DNA of 64,000 bases from NCBI GenBank assembly GCA_965197475.1, contig CBDANF010000003.1, forward strand, positions 2,272,001-2,336,000, given 5' to 3'. The DNA comes from Candidatus Poribacteria bacterium. Lineage in GTDB: Bacteria > Poribacteria > WGA-4E > WGA-3G. The position numbers were made by a program, and so were the translations under genes. Below are positions 20,436 through 30,684 of this stretch, in pieces (position 1 is the first letter of the stretch; each line of letters opens with the position of its first letter). The notes under the pieces were generated by a model. That model saw only the letters and a list, made by a program, of their open reading frames with translations. It searched no databases and was not told the DNA's origin.

Positions 20436-22760
20436 ATGAACGAAGCCGAAACGCGTATCAGAAATATAGACCCAATGTTAAAGGAGTCTGGTTGGAGCGA
20501 TTCAAAGAACCCGGACGTACCGTCGTTTAAACGTGAACATTATTTCACCGATGGTAAAATAAAAGGCGAAGGGATACGCGGGAAAGCAAAACGTGCCGAT
20601 TATCTTCTTTACTACAGGCAACCCCATTTTCCTATTGCTGTTGTTGAGGCAAAAGCAGACTACAAACTTCCATCTGATGGTCTCCAACAGGCAAAAACCT
20701 ATGCTCAAATGTTAGGGCTTAAATTTGCGTATTCTACAAATGGTGAACTTTTTGTAGAGCATGATTTCATTTTAGGTGAAGAAACTAAATTTCACAAAAT
20801 ACCCTCACCGTCAGAACTTTGGAAACGTCTGAAAGAGCATGAGGGTTTTACTTCACAACAAGAAGAAGACCTTATTCTGTCACCGTTTGACCTCACTGGC
20901 GGCAAGACACCCCGATACTACCAACAAATTGCGATTAATAATGTTATTTCTGCCATTGTGAAAGATCAAAGACGAATTCTTCTTACAATGGCAACTGGAA
21001 CAGGAAAAACCACCACCGCCTTCCAAATCTGTTGGAAACTTTGGCAGCAGCGTTGGAATCTCAAAAGGAACCCGCGTCACCCGAAAATTCTCTACTTATC
21101 CGACAGAAAAATCCTTGTTGATGACCCAATGAATAAAGAATTTGCTGCTTTTGGTGAGGCACGGCATCGGTTAGAACATGGTGAAGTTGTCAAAAGCCGA
21201 GGTATCTATTTCGCGCTTTATCAGTCTATCGGTCCCAGAGAGAATAATCCTGGCATCTATCGCGAATACGAAAAAGATTTCTTTGACCTCATTATTGTTG
21301 ACGAATGCCACCGCGGCTCTGCTAAAGATGATAGTTTGTGGCGGGCAGTTCTGGAATACTTTGAGCCTGCGGTGCAACTTGGCATGACTGCTACTCCCTA
21401 TAATGAAGAAACCCGAAACACCTATCAATATTTTGGCAATCCTGTCTATATCTATACGCTTAAACAGGGGATTGAAGACGGATTTCTTGCACCTTATCGT
21501 GTTCGGCACGTTAAAACTACGGCAGATGCGGAGGGTTGGCAACCTGATCCAGGGCAAACTGATCGACATGGTGAAAGAATACCTGAGAGGGAGTACAACA
21601 CTGAAGACTTTGAAAATACGCTCGCTTTAAGACCGCGTACAGAAGCGATTGCTAAACATTTGACAGGTTTATTGGAATCTGATCCGTACGCCAAAACTAT
21701 TGTTTTCTGTGTTGACCAAGAGCATGCAGACACCATGCGGGAAATCCTCTCTAATCTAAACGCTGAGCATGTCCAAAGATACCCCGACTATGTGAGTCGC
21801 ATCACCGCAGACGAAGGTGATTTTGGACGTGAACGTCTTAGTCGATTCCAAGATATTGAGGATGATTCTGTTATCATTGTAACTACCTCTAAACTCCTCA
21901 CTACTGGTGTTGATGCACCGACAGTGAAAAATATCGCCATTGCACGCGGCGTTGGTTCAATGGTTGAATTTAAGCAGATGATTGGTAGAGGTACTCGTGT
22001 CTGTGAGGAATACAAAAAATTTACTTTTAATATTATTGATTACACAGGAGCTTCGTTTAAACATTTTGCAGACCCTGATTTTGATGGCGAACCAATAGAC
22101 GAAGATGAAGAGATTATAGAAACAGAACCCGATGGTAAGCAAAGCAAAGGTGGGAGAACTGGTACTACTGTTGAACCATCAGGAACACGAAAGTTCTATG
22201 TTGATGAAGGCACTGTGACAATTGCTGAAGATGGGGTTTATATTCTGAATCCTGATGGAAGTCAGCAACATAAAACTTATGTAGAATATGTTGGAGGAAA
22301 AATCATTTCTCTGTACAATTCTGAATCAGAACTTCGCAAAAAGTGGGTAGACCAGCAGTCTCGGAGTGAAATTATTGACGAATTGGAACAATTCAGTATT
22401 GAAAGAGAACAGTTAGTGAAAGAATTGCAACTTCCAGATGGTGACACCTTTGATTCAATTGATCTGTTTTGCCATGTTGCTTTCGGAGCTGACCTCCAAA
22501 CAAGAGAGCAACGCGCGCAACGAGTACGAACAGACACTGATTTTTTAAGTCAGTATACCGTTAATGGCCAGTTTGTGCTTCAGACATTACTTGATAAATA
22601 TAGTCAACACGGACCCGATGAACTGAAAATTCCCGATGCTTTACATGTTCCACCTATTTCTGAGTTTGGCAATATCCGTGAAATCTTAAAAGTATTCAAA
22701 GGAGCAAACCAACTCCGAAATGCTGTTGAAAAACTTCAGAAGTTGATTTATGAGGCATAA
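20436..22760 (+). CDS. hsdR: Type I restriction enzyme R subunit (EcoAI/EcoEI-like)
   Basis: NEAETR, ADY..VEAK nuclease, MATGTGKT, DECHR, TATP, QMIGRGTR, EcoEI-type C-terminus. Confidence 0.92.
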   Translation: MNEAETRIRNIDPMLKESGWSDSKNPDVPSFKREHYFTDGKIKGEGIRGKAKRADYLLYYRQPHFPIAVVEAKADYKLPSDGLQQAKTYAQMLGLKFAYSTNGELFVEHDFILGEETKFHKIPSPSELWKRLKEHEGFTSQQEEDLILSPFDLTGGKTPRYYQQIAINNVISAIVKDQRRILLTMATGTGKTTTAFQICWKLWQQRWNLKRNPRHPKILYLSDRKILVDDPMNKEFAAFGEARHRLEHGEVVKSRGIYFALYQSIGPRENNPGIYREYEKDFFDLIIVDECHRGSAKDDSLWRAVLEYFEPAVQLGMTATPYNEETRNTYQYFGNPVYIYTLKQGIEDGFLAPYRVRHVKTTADAEGWQPDPGQTDRHGERIPEREYNTEDFENTLALRPRTEAIAKHLTGLLESDPYAKTIVFCVDQEHADTMREILSNLNAEHVQRYPDYVSRITADEGDFGRERLSRFQDIEDDSVIIVTTSKLLTTGVDAPTVKNIAIARGVGSMVEFKQMIGRGTRVCEEYKKFTFNIIDYTGASFKHFADPDFDGEPIDEDEEIIETEPDGKQSKGGRTGTTVEPSGTRKFYVDEGTVTIAEDGVYILNPDGSQQHKTYVEYVGGKIISLYNSESELRKKWVDQQSRSEIIDELEQFSIEREQLVKELQLPDGDTFDSIDLFCHVAFGADLQTREQRAQRVRTDTDFLSQYTVNGQFVLQTLLDKYSQHGPDELKIPDALHVPPISEFGNIREILKVFKGANQLRNAVEKLQKLIYEA

Positions 22761-22783
22761 TATTTGCATCGAAAGGAAATAAT

Positions 22784-24997
22784 ATGACACAAAACCCAAA
22801 ACAGTTGCAACTTTTAGAGAAATTAGAAAACTCACAAACAACGGCTCAGGAGTTAAGTACCCTTATCAAGTCTGCCCGTGACATCATGCGTAAGGACAAA
22901 GGCTTGAGCGGTGAGTTGGACCGCATTCCAATGCTAACTTGGATTATGTTTCTCAAATTCCTTGATGACATGGAACATATTCGAGAATCAGAAGCTGAAC
23001 TTGCAGGCAAAGATTTTTACCCACTTATTGAAGAACCGTACCGTTGGCGAGATTGGGCAGCAGATGAAGGCGGCATCACTGGGGAGGATCTAATAAACTT
23101 TATCAATCTTGAAGAGGCAAATCTTCCAGATGGTACTAAAGGACAGGGACTTTTCCACTATTTACGTAGCCTCCGTTCTGCAGATGGGGAGGGCCGCGAA
23201 GATGTCATTGCAACTGTTTTCAGAGGAATCATTAATAGGATACAATCCGGTTACTTACTCAGAGATGTTGTTAACAAAGTCAACAGTATCCATTTTGATG
23301 CTTCTGAGGAAATGCATACACTAAGTCGATTTTATGAAACGATGCTTCGGGAAATGCGTGATGCAGCTAAGGGCTCTGGGGAATTTTATACGCCTCGTCC
23401 GGTTGTCAAATTTATCGTAGCTGTAAGCAATCTTCAACTCGGTGAAACTGTGCTTGATCCTGCTTGCGGTACTGGCGGCTTTCTCGTTGAGGCATTTACG
23501 CATCTTGAAAAACAGTGTAAAACCATTGCTGCTCGGCAAACTCTCCAGGAATCGACTATTTATGGGATAGAAGCTAAACCAATGTCTTATCTTCTCGGTC
23601 AGATGAATCTACTTTTGCATGGGTTGGAAAATCCACAGATTGACTTTGGAAATTCTCTCACTGTCAAGAGGTACAACGAAATTGGTGACAGTGACCGATA
23701 CGATGTTATCCTTACCAATCCGCCCTTTGGTGGTGAAGAAGAGGTTAGCGTTAAAAACTTTTTCCCAACCAACATGCAAACCGCAGAAACCGCGTTACTA
23801 TTTCTCCAGATCATCATGCGAAGACTCAAACGTCCCGAACGCAATAAAGGGAAGTCGGGACGTGCCGCTGTTGTCGTGCCAAATGGGACGCTTTTTGAAG
23901 ATGGAGTCTGTGCCCGTATTAAAGAAGAGCTTCTTACTAATTTCAATCTTCATACAATTGTCAGACTGCCAAAAGGAGTTTTCGCGCCATATACTGGCAT
24001 ACCAACTAATTTGCTCTTTTTCGATCGTGCCCATCCGACCAAGGAAATATGGTTTTATGAGATTCCACTTCCTGAAGGTCGAAAGAACTATACCAAGACA
24101 AAACCAATGAAATTTGAGGAATTCTCAGACTGTATCAATTGGTTCCATCCAATCACAGAACGGGAAGAAAATGAGTACGCGTGGAAGGTTAACGTTGAAG
24201 CTGTCTTGAAATACAATGAAGAAGGTCAGATTGCCTCCGCGGACTTAGATATCAAGAATCCAAACAGCACGGAAACTTTAGAGCATCTACCTCCTACGGA
24301 AATAGCTAACAGTATTATCCATAAAGAGCGCAACATTTTGGAATTAATAGAGGAAGTCAGCTCGGAATGTCAATCAGTTTACAGCGACGCTTTAATGCCA
24401 AACGAAGATTGGACTGTTAAATACATTAGCGAATTGTGTGAGAAACCACAGTACGGGTACACGGCTTCTGCCACGACTGAACAAATTGGACCTCATTTAC
24501 TCCGCATTACAGATATTCAAAACGGTTCGGTCAACTGGGAAACAGTACCTTACTGTGATTGTCCAAAGCCTGAAAAATATCTTCTCCAGAAGGACGACAT
24601 CTTATTTGCTCGTACTGGACCAACAGGTAAGAGTTTCCTTGTAGAAGAGTGTCCAACAGCCGTGTTTGCTTCATACTTAATTCGCCTTCGCGTTCGCGAG
24701 TGTGTCACACCACAATATCTCTATGCGTTTTTCCAGTCTCCAGATTATTGGGCACAGGTTTCAGCAAGCACCAGTGTGAGTGCACAACCTAACTGTAACG
24801 CAACGAAACTTGCAAACCTTAAAGTGCCAATTCCACCACTTGAACAACAGGAGAGCATTGTAACATATCTGGATGGTTTTCAGGAGCAAATGCAGGAGAA
24901 AGTAAATCGCATCAAAACTCTCCAAGCTCAGACAACCCACGAACTTGATAGGATTCTGCCTTCCGTTTTTGATAAAATTTTTCGGCAGGCTGGGTAA
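22784..24997 (+). CDS. hsdM: HsdM methyltransferase fused to a single-TRD HsdS half
   Basis: GEFYTPR, DPACGTGGFL, NPPFGG; the last ~200 aa are HsdS-like (QYG, LRITDI, DILFART, FASYLIR, PIPPLEQQ). Confidence 0.88.
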   Translation: MTQNPKQLQLLEKLENSQTTAQELSTLIKSARDIMRKDKGLSGELDRIPMLTWIMFLKFLDDMEHIRESEAELAGKDFYPLIEEPYRWRDWAADEGGITGEDLINFINLEEANLPDGTKGQGLFHYLRSLRSADGEGREDVIATVFRGIINRIQSGYLLRDVVNKVNSIHFDASEEMHTLSRFYETMLREMRDAAKGSGEFYTPRPVVKFIVAVSNLQLGETVLDPACGTGGFLVEAFTHLEKQCKTIAARQTLQESTIYGIEAKPMSYLLGQMNLLLHGLENPQIDFGNSLTVKRYNEIGDSDRYDVILTNPPFGGEEEVSVKNFFPTNMQTAETALLFLQIIMRRLKRPERNKGKSGRAAVVVPNGTLFEDGVCARIKEELLTNFNLHTIVRLPKGVFAPYTGIPTNLLFFDRAHPTKEIWFYEIPLPEGRKNYTKTKPMKFEEFSDCINWFHPITEREENEYAWKVNVEAVLKYNEEGQIASADLDIKNPNSTETLEHLPPTEIANSIIHKERNILELIEEVSSECQSVYSDALMPNEDWTVKYISELCEKPQYGYTASATTEQIGPHLLRITDIQNGSVNWETVPYCDCPKPEKYLLQKDDILFARTGPTGKSFLVEECPTAVFASYLIRLRVRECVTPQYLYAFFQSPDYWAQVSASTSVSAQPNCNATKLANLKVPIPPLEQQESIVTYLDGFQEQMQEKVNRIKTLQAQTTHELDRILPSVFDKIFRQAG

Positions 24998-25028
24998 CTC
25001 CCAATCTTTATAAGTTTTATAGAAGGTC

Positions 25029-25910
25029 CTATTGATTTTTCTCCGCTTGTTTTCTTTCTTGAATTTCTTTTTCTATCTGGGTGTTTTCTTCAAAATTATT
25101 ACGGATTTGTTCTTTACTCCGATAATCCCCAGGGTACCACGTGTGTACAGGATAAACCGGCAGTTTCAAATGAAGTGATGTCCAATCATTATAAGGATAT
25201 TTCGCGAAAAATGAAATGTCAGTAAGTTCACTATCAAGAGGTTCTAAGCCAAAACTCAACACATAACCTAATGGGGGAAATGCAATCTCACTGGAGTAAA
25301 GACTTTTCGCGTAATTGTGCTGGTACTGACTGAGTAGGTTGTCCATTGTATCAAGACTTACTTCATCTGGATCGATCTCAATTGCTGATATTGATGTTCC
25401 ACCTGCATAACGCGCATGTGGACCAAGATTAAAATAAACTAAAATTCGTATGTCAGGATGCAGATAGCGTTCATTTTTGTCAAGAACAAACTTAACCAAG
25501 TCAGGATGGCTGAATCTAAATTGATCCTTGTTAACGCTAAAGAACATAGTGATAATCTGTTTAATCACTCGCAAAGGATAGATGTGAAATGGATAGTAGA
25601 GCGATGGACACCCCTTTGCATGTTTAAGGATATAAAGACTTTGGTGTGCAAAGTTGGCAAATGCATCTCCGTACCATGCACCAGTATCGGGATTGCATTT
25701 CTCGCAAAGCGTATAAGCACCAGCACCCCGTTGAGATATATGCCCCTTTCCATCAAAATAGTAGTCAGGATCCTTGTTGATAAGTTCAAAGATGTGTTTT
25801 CCTACTACGCGATGGTTGTTAAACGCTGCTTCAGGTGGCACATGCTCAAAAGATAATTTCGCATATATTCCACAGATACGGCAGATGCCAAATATTTTTT
25901 TGCGCGCCAT
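25029..25910 (-). CDS. HNH-type Zn-finger endonuclease
   Basis: CRICG...EHVPP...LCEKCN. Confidence 0.7.
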   Translation of the reverse strand: MARKKIFGICRICGIYAKLSFEHVPPEAAFNNHRVVGKHIFELINKDPDYYFDGKGHISQRGAGAYTLCEKCNPDTGAWYGDAFANFAHQSLYILKHAKGCPSLYYPFHIYPLRVIKQIITMFFSVNKDQFRFSHPDLVKFVLDKNERYLHPDIRILVYFNLGPHARYAGGTSISAIEIDPDEVSLDTMDNLLSQYQHNYAKSLYSSEIAFPPLGYVLSFGLEPLDSELTDISFFAKYPYNDWTSLHLKLPVYPVHTWYPGDYRSKEQIRNNFEENTQIEKEIQERKQAEKNQ

Positions 25911-25930
25911 TCAAAATATCTCCCCCATCC

Positions 25931-26031
25931 TTAGTACTCCAACAATGCAATCCCCTCACGATAAGTCTGTGCGGATGCCTGCAAAGCACCTAACTCGTCA
26001 TCTGTCAATTCAATCTCAATAATCTCTTCAA
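25931..26031 (-). repeat. 101-bp duplicate of the mdh 3' end including the stop codon (other copy 26324-26424)
   Basis: Hand alignment shows 5 mismatches; encodes ...QTYREGIALLEY* versus ...QTYRAGIALLGY*. Confidence 0.95.
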
Positions 26032-26035
26032 CCCT

Positions 26036-26272
26036 TCAATCCAACGCTTCAGTGTCGGCAGATTTCGAGATTTTTGGCTCCGCATTCGGTAGATCTGCGA
26101 ACCTATATTCGCCGGACTTTCGCATCTTTTCCTGTAATTCTTGATAATGCGCGACTAATTGACTGACATCGTGGTTAAATCGTGCTGATATTTTGTGCCG
26201 AATTTCGCGAACTTCCTTAACTATTTCGCATTCGATACTTTCTTCAGTTTCTATAATTTCTCTGTCTTTCAT
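26036..26272 (-). CDS. Small helical protein resembling antitoxin partners of PIN toxins
   Basis: EIVKEVREIRHKISARFNHDVSQLVAHYQELQ; TAAGG RBS; no toxin gene adjacent. Confidence 0.55.
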   Translation of the reverse strand: MKDREIIETEESIECEIVKEVREIRHKISARFNHDVSQLVAHYQELQEKMRKSGEYRFADLPNAEPKISKSADTEALD

Positions 26273-26323
26273 TGAAACCTTACGCAAAATTTCGCGATTA
26301 GCCCTTGTTATGATGTCAGCTGC

Positions 26324-27250
26324 TTAATACCCCAACAACGCAATCCCCGCACGATAAGTCTGTGCAGATGCCTGCAAAGCACCTAACTCGTCATCTGTCA
26401 ATTCAATCTCAATAATCTCTTCAATTCCATTTGCCCCGAGTTTAATCGGAACGCCGATATAGAGATCATCAATACCGTATTGTCCCGTAAGATGTGCAGA
26501 ACACGGCAGTAGACGTTTCTTATCCAAGATAATCGCTTCTGCCATCTGTGCTAACGATGCACCAGCGGCGTAATAACCACTTGTCTTGAGTAGATTGACT
26601 ACCTCAGCACCACCATCGCGGGTGCGTTGTGCCATCGCTTCAATCCGTTCTGCTGAAATCAACTGCGGAATTGGGATGCCGTTGACGGTTGTATAACGTG
26701 GTAGCGGTACCATCGTATCACCGTGTCCACCAAGAACGAGGGCATGGATGTCTTCAACCGATACGCCAAGTTCAAGCGAAATAAAATAACGGAACCGTGC
26801 TGAATCCAGCACACCCGCTTGCCCTACGACTCGGTGTGAAGGAAATCCTGATACCTTCCAAGCGTGGTAGGTCATGATGTCAAGCGGATTTGTCAGCATC
26901 AAGAGGATAGTGTCTGGTGAATGTTTCACCACATTTTCTGTGACACTCCGAACGATGTTGGCATTTGTTTGCAATAGGTCTTCGCGTGTCATCCCGGGTT
27001 TACGTGGAGAACCTGATGTGATAATCACTAAATCGGATCCTGCGGTAGCGGAATAATCAAGATCACCACTAATCGCAGCGTCAAACAATTCTATCGGTCC
27101 CATCTCTGCCATATCCAACGCCTTGCCTTGCGGGACTCCATCAACGATGTCTATCATGACGACATCACCAAGCTGCTTCTGAGCGATAAGAAATGCTGCT
27201 GTCGCACCGACGTTGCCAGCTCCAATTACACTAATTCTTTTTCTTGCCAC
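26324..27250 (-). CDS. mdh: Malate dehydrogenase (LDH-like)
   Basis: IGAGNVG, PRKPGMTREDL, TNPLD, LDSARF, LGGHGD. Confidence 0.97.
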   Translation of the reverse strand: MARKRISVIGAGNVGATAAFLIAQKQLGDVVMIDIVDGVPQGKALDMAEMGPIELFDAAISGDLDYSATAGSDLVIITSGSPRKPGMTREDLLQTNANIVRSVTENVVKHSPDTILLMLTNPLDIMTYHAWKVSGFPSHRVVGQAGVLDSARFRYFISLELGVSVEDIHALVLGGHGDTMVPLPRYTTVNGIPIPQLISAERIEAMAQRTRDGGAEVVNLLKTSGYYAAGASLAQMAEAIILDKKRLLPCSAHLTGQYGIDDLYIGVPIKLGANGIEEIIEIELTDDELGALQASAQTYRAGIALLGY

Positions 27251-27356
27251 TTCTTCCTCCGTTTTGGAAATACATACTAGAAATTAGAAAAAATTACACA
27301 ATACATCCAGTTTCAATGAACATAAGTCCACTCACAATTCCTCATGTCGCTTTATG

Positions 27357-28448
27357 TTATTGCTTGATAACAAAAACTACATCCGCTTCGGTTGAGTAAG
27401 TTTCTCCCTCCCAGTAGAAGTCAAGTTGAAAACCCACATCTGAATCAACTTTTTCCAGATAATTGGTTACGTATTTAGAAATTAAAGACCTAGCTCTTTT
27501 TAACTTCCACGAATCAAAAAAGTTGCTTTTATCTACCAACACTAAAAATAACCGATTTGAAGCATCAAAACGCCGCACGCCTTGATTTTCATAAAACCAT
27601 CGTCCTAGTGGTTTAGGATCCGCGATAGATATGTTTAATAACTCTTCCCTACATGCGTGTAGTTCACTTATCAATTCGCGCGCCTTATCACTGGGATTGT
27701 CATCAAGTTTACGCCGTAAATCAGGAATTAGGACTGATTCCGGAACAGATACGTCAAAACCAATATTCAGTTTTCGCGCTAAGCCTTTCATTAAGGTCAA
27801 CTCAGGACGTAATCCATTATCCTTTCGATAGTCTTTTATGTAGCCTTCAGGTAAGTATGTGACTTTCAAATCAAACGGTTTATTATTTACAAAAAAGTCG
27901 ATTTTCTTAATCTGTCCTACTGCTGGAATTACGTTCACATGTTCCTTAAAAATGTCCTCAATAATGATGGAAGTCCAATGGTTGTACCATGAAGCTAATA
28001 CGTAAGCGCGTAAACTATTGTGAAGATCTCCTTCTATTGCATCATACAATGAATCATAAGAAGTTATCTTCTTCACATATCTGTTTACAATAGTCGTTTC
28101 CAAACTGTTTTGATGTAAACCGCCCCATTCAAAAGACTGAACTTTGTACAACTCATTTATCAATTGCGATTCGTTTTCACGGCGTGCTTTTCGATCTTTT
28201 TCAAACAATTCTTGTATAGTGTCGTTTATATTTTCCGAATGTAGGTCTGAATCATAAATTAACTCTAACTTCTCATTGATTAACTTGCTGTTTCCTAACT
28301 CTATTCCAAATTTATTGATAAGGTAATCAAGATACTCTTTTCGTGAGAGCGAACGCAGTTTTAAAAATCGCATTCCCTCATCTGTTGCGGAGAGTTCGCG
28401 AATTTTATCATTCTTGAACAGACTCACAGCAGTACTAAAATCCAACAT
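27357..28448 (-). CDS. Putative Type II restriction endonuclease
   Basis: IEDIF...KIDFF...FDLKVT PD-(D/E)xK-like motif; starts 2 nt after the MTase stop. Confidence 0.65.
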   Translation of the reverse strand: MLDFSTAVSLFKNDKIRELSATDEGMRFLKLRSLSRKEYLDYLINKFGIELGNSKLINEKLELIYDSDLHSENINDTIQELFEKDRKARRENESQLINELYKVQSFEWGGLHQNSLETTIVNRYVKKITSYDSLYDAIEGDLHNSLRAYVLASWYNHWTSIIIEDIFKEHVNVIPAVGQIKKIDFFVNNKPFDLKVTYLPEGYIKDYRKDNGLRPELTLMKGLARKLNIGFDVSVPESVLIPDLRRKLDDNPSDKARELISELHACREELLNISIADPKPLGRWFYENQGVRRFDASNRLFLVLVDKSNFFDSWKLKRARSLISKYVTNYLEKVDSDVGFQLDFYWEGETYSTEADVVFVIKQ

Positions 28449-28450
28449 CT

Positions 28451-29938
28451 TTAATTACTTTCCTTGGGATAGCAGGTTGTCCAACCTTTTACATCGCTAA
28501 AGGCGGCTAAGGTCTTGAGTCGCTTCTCCTCACTATTCTGCTTTCCGTACAACAAAACGTAATCCGATTTCAATCCACCTTTTCTATTATCTTGAAGAAC
28601 TGATCCAGCGGAATAGGCATTTGGATAACATCCAATATATGCAAGTCCAGTAGTTGCCTCCAATTCGCGCAGGCTTTGCCAATAACACTCAGATCTCGCG
28701 TTAAACAGAATTGCCATAAACCCGTTTTTTTTCAGAACGCGAGCACATTGATAAAAAATAGAAGATAATTTTTCATTATATGATCGGATATCTTTGCCAC
28801 GTTCCTTTGCATTTGAAACAACAAGCTCGTGTTCATAGTTAGAATCAAGTCCTATGATGCTGTTCCACATCTCACTAAGTTCTAAATACGGAATCCTATC
28901 TCCGTGAGGTGGGTCTGTTAAGATGACTTTGATTGATCCTGTTGGAATATCCTTGAGAAGCTGTTCTGAGTCTCCCTGTTGGAGATAAACAGTTTCTTCG
29001 CTATCTAAAAAATCATTCAGAATGGGTGAAATCTTGACAGGCTTCGAAACTCCAACCTCTCCAATTGCCTTTAACAATTTGTTGGCTTTGGTTGCATAAC
29101 AATTCCAGGCATTTATCTCAAAGTGCTGCGCGGGACACCAATATCCAACTACCCAACTCCCTACCTCAATTTTATCAGTTTCGATGCCTTTGGTTTTCCC
29201 TCTCTTTGAAACAGCAAAAACCATATTTGACATTTGACCTACTGATGCCGATAGTATAAGATGCAACGCACTCTTTAAGTTTCCAGAGTACTGCTCTATT
29301 TCACCCTTGATTATGTCAATTGTCCTCAACGCCCGTGGAGTAAAAAGTTTTGTAACGGAAAGAGTTTTTTGTGAGTTTATTCTTGAATTGTCAAACAACC
29401 GGAGTTCCCTTAGTCTTATTGGTCGATATTCTTCTGTACTTTGGAGATTCTCAAGTTCCAATTTTGTCAGGTTAAGCTCTACCCTTTTCCTACCACGTTT
29501 TGTCCATACTCGGGTTATCTGGTTATTGTCCCATAGGAAATGCGTAGCTATATTTCCATCTGATAATAGATATATAGAATTAATAAGCGGCCTTATACGT
29601 CTCTCAATTTCATAAATAGCGTTTCTCAAATCTATGTAGTCTGGATGGAGTAAATAAAGTTTTGTTAACTCAATACTAATTGGGTTGACATCAAAACCAA
29701 TAAACCGGCAATTGTGCCTAATACACTCTTTCGCGATAAGACCCGAACCGAGGAAAGGATCTAAAACAATATCATGGGGTAACGTCAGATTTTCTATCAG
29801 AAACCTCCACACCTCGGTAGGTTTTTTCCCCCAATACTTGTGGAATCCGGCAAATCCTTTGTAACCTTCAGGGGATAATTGGTTGTCCTGTACGTCGTTT
29901 CCACCAAAATTGAATTGTGTTTGTAAGTCATTCAACAT
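28451..29938 (-). CDS. Amino (N6A/N4C) DNA methyltransferase
   Basis: FHKYWGKKP, motif I DPFLGSG, motif IV TDPPH, RVLKKNG. Confidence 0.88.
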   Translation of the reverse strand: MLNDLQTQFNFGGNDVQDNQLSPEGYKGFAGFHKYWGKKPTEVWRFLIENLTLPHDIVLDPFLGSGLIAKECIRHNCRFIGFDVNPISIELTKLYLLHPDYIDLRNAIYEIERRIRPLINSIYLLSDGNIATHFLWDNNQITRVWTKRGRKRVELNLTKLELENLQSTEEYRPIRLRELRLFDNSRINSQKTLSVTKLFTPRALRTIDIIKGEIEQYSGNLKSALHLILSASVGQMSNMVFAVSKRGKTKGIETDKIEVGSWVVGYWCPAQHFEINAWNCYATKANKLLKAIGEVGVSKPVKISPILNDFLDSEETVYLQQGDSEQLLKDIPTGSIKVILTDPPHGDRIPYLELSEMWNSIIGLDSNYEHELVVSNAKERGKDIRSYNEKLSSIFYQCARVLKKNGFMAILFNARSECYWQSLRELEATTGLAYIGCYPNAYSAGSVLQDNRKGGLKSDYVLLYGKQNSEEKRLKTLAAFSDVKGWTTCYPKESN

Positions 29939-30674
29939 TTTGTGTATCCGGTGTCATTGGCGGTTCGCCACTACCAAGTTCTTGATCAATGTGCTTTGAT
30001 TCCTCAGATTCTGCTTTCTTTCTATTCGCTTCGTCAATAGACTGAACATGACTTGCTACATCATGAAAATGAGAAACATCTTGTGCAATAAGAAGTCCTG
30101 GGAGTGTTTCTCCTGTTACTCTATTGGCATGATATGCTGAGACTGTGCCAACAATTTGAATCCCATCTGCTTCCGTAGCATGGATCACCGGACCGCCACT
30201 AACACCGTTAATAGCCACTCCGTCGATCAAATATGCTTTTCGATATTCTTGCTTTGCACTGATATTGCCAGAGAAAAAACAGAGGTCATAAGGAGCAACG
30301 GAGGGAAAGCCGAGCCAACCAACTTCAAAACCTATACTAATTGTAGAATCGCTTGGAAGAAGATTTTTAGGATCTTCTGGGAGAGAAGGCAAATCGCTTT
30401 TCTTGAAAAGAATTACCGCTGAGTCAGTTTCCCAGTCTGTATAAATTACCCTGTGACTCGCCTCTAAAAAGACCGTTTCACCTGATAAATGATGTCGAAT
30501 CCGAATAGGTTGCTGCCAATCATCGGCGTTCCTAACAACATGTAGTGCTGTTGCTACGCGACAAACACTCTTGTCTTGGTTATAAAGGGATAGGAAACCG
30601 GTTCCATGACCAGATTGAGTTTCAATTTTCACAATATGCGGTGTAATTTTGTCAACTATTTGGTCCCAATTCAT
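29928..30674 (-). CDS. Trypsin-like serine protease (no signal peptide)
   Basis: GTGF, TALH, TDSAV, GVSGGPV give the catalytic triad; likely start MNWDQIV. Confidence 0.85.
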   Translation of the reverse strand: MNWDQIVDKITPHIVKIETQSGHGTGFLSLYNQDKSVCRVATALHVVRNADDWQQPIRIRHHLSGETVFLEASHRVIYTDWETDSAVILFKKSDLPSLPEDPKNLLPSDSTISIGFEVGWLGFPSVAPYDLCFFSGNISAKQEYRKAYLIDGVAINGVSGGPVIHATEADGIQIVGTVSAYHANRVTGETLPGLLIAQDVSHFHDVASHVQSIDEANRKKAESEESKHIDQELGSGEPPMTPDTQNVE

Positions 30675-30684
30675 AATAGTATAC

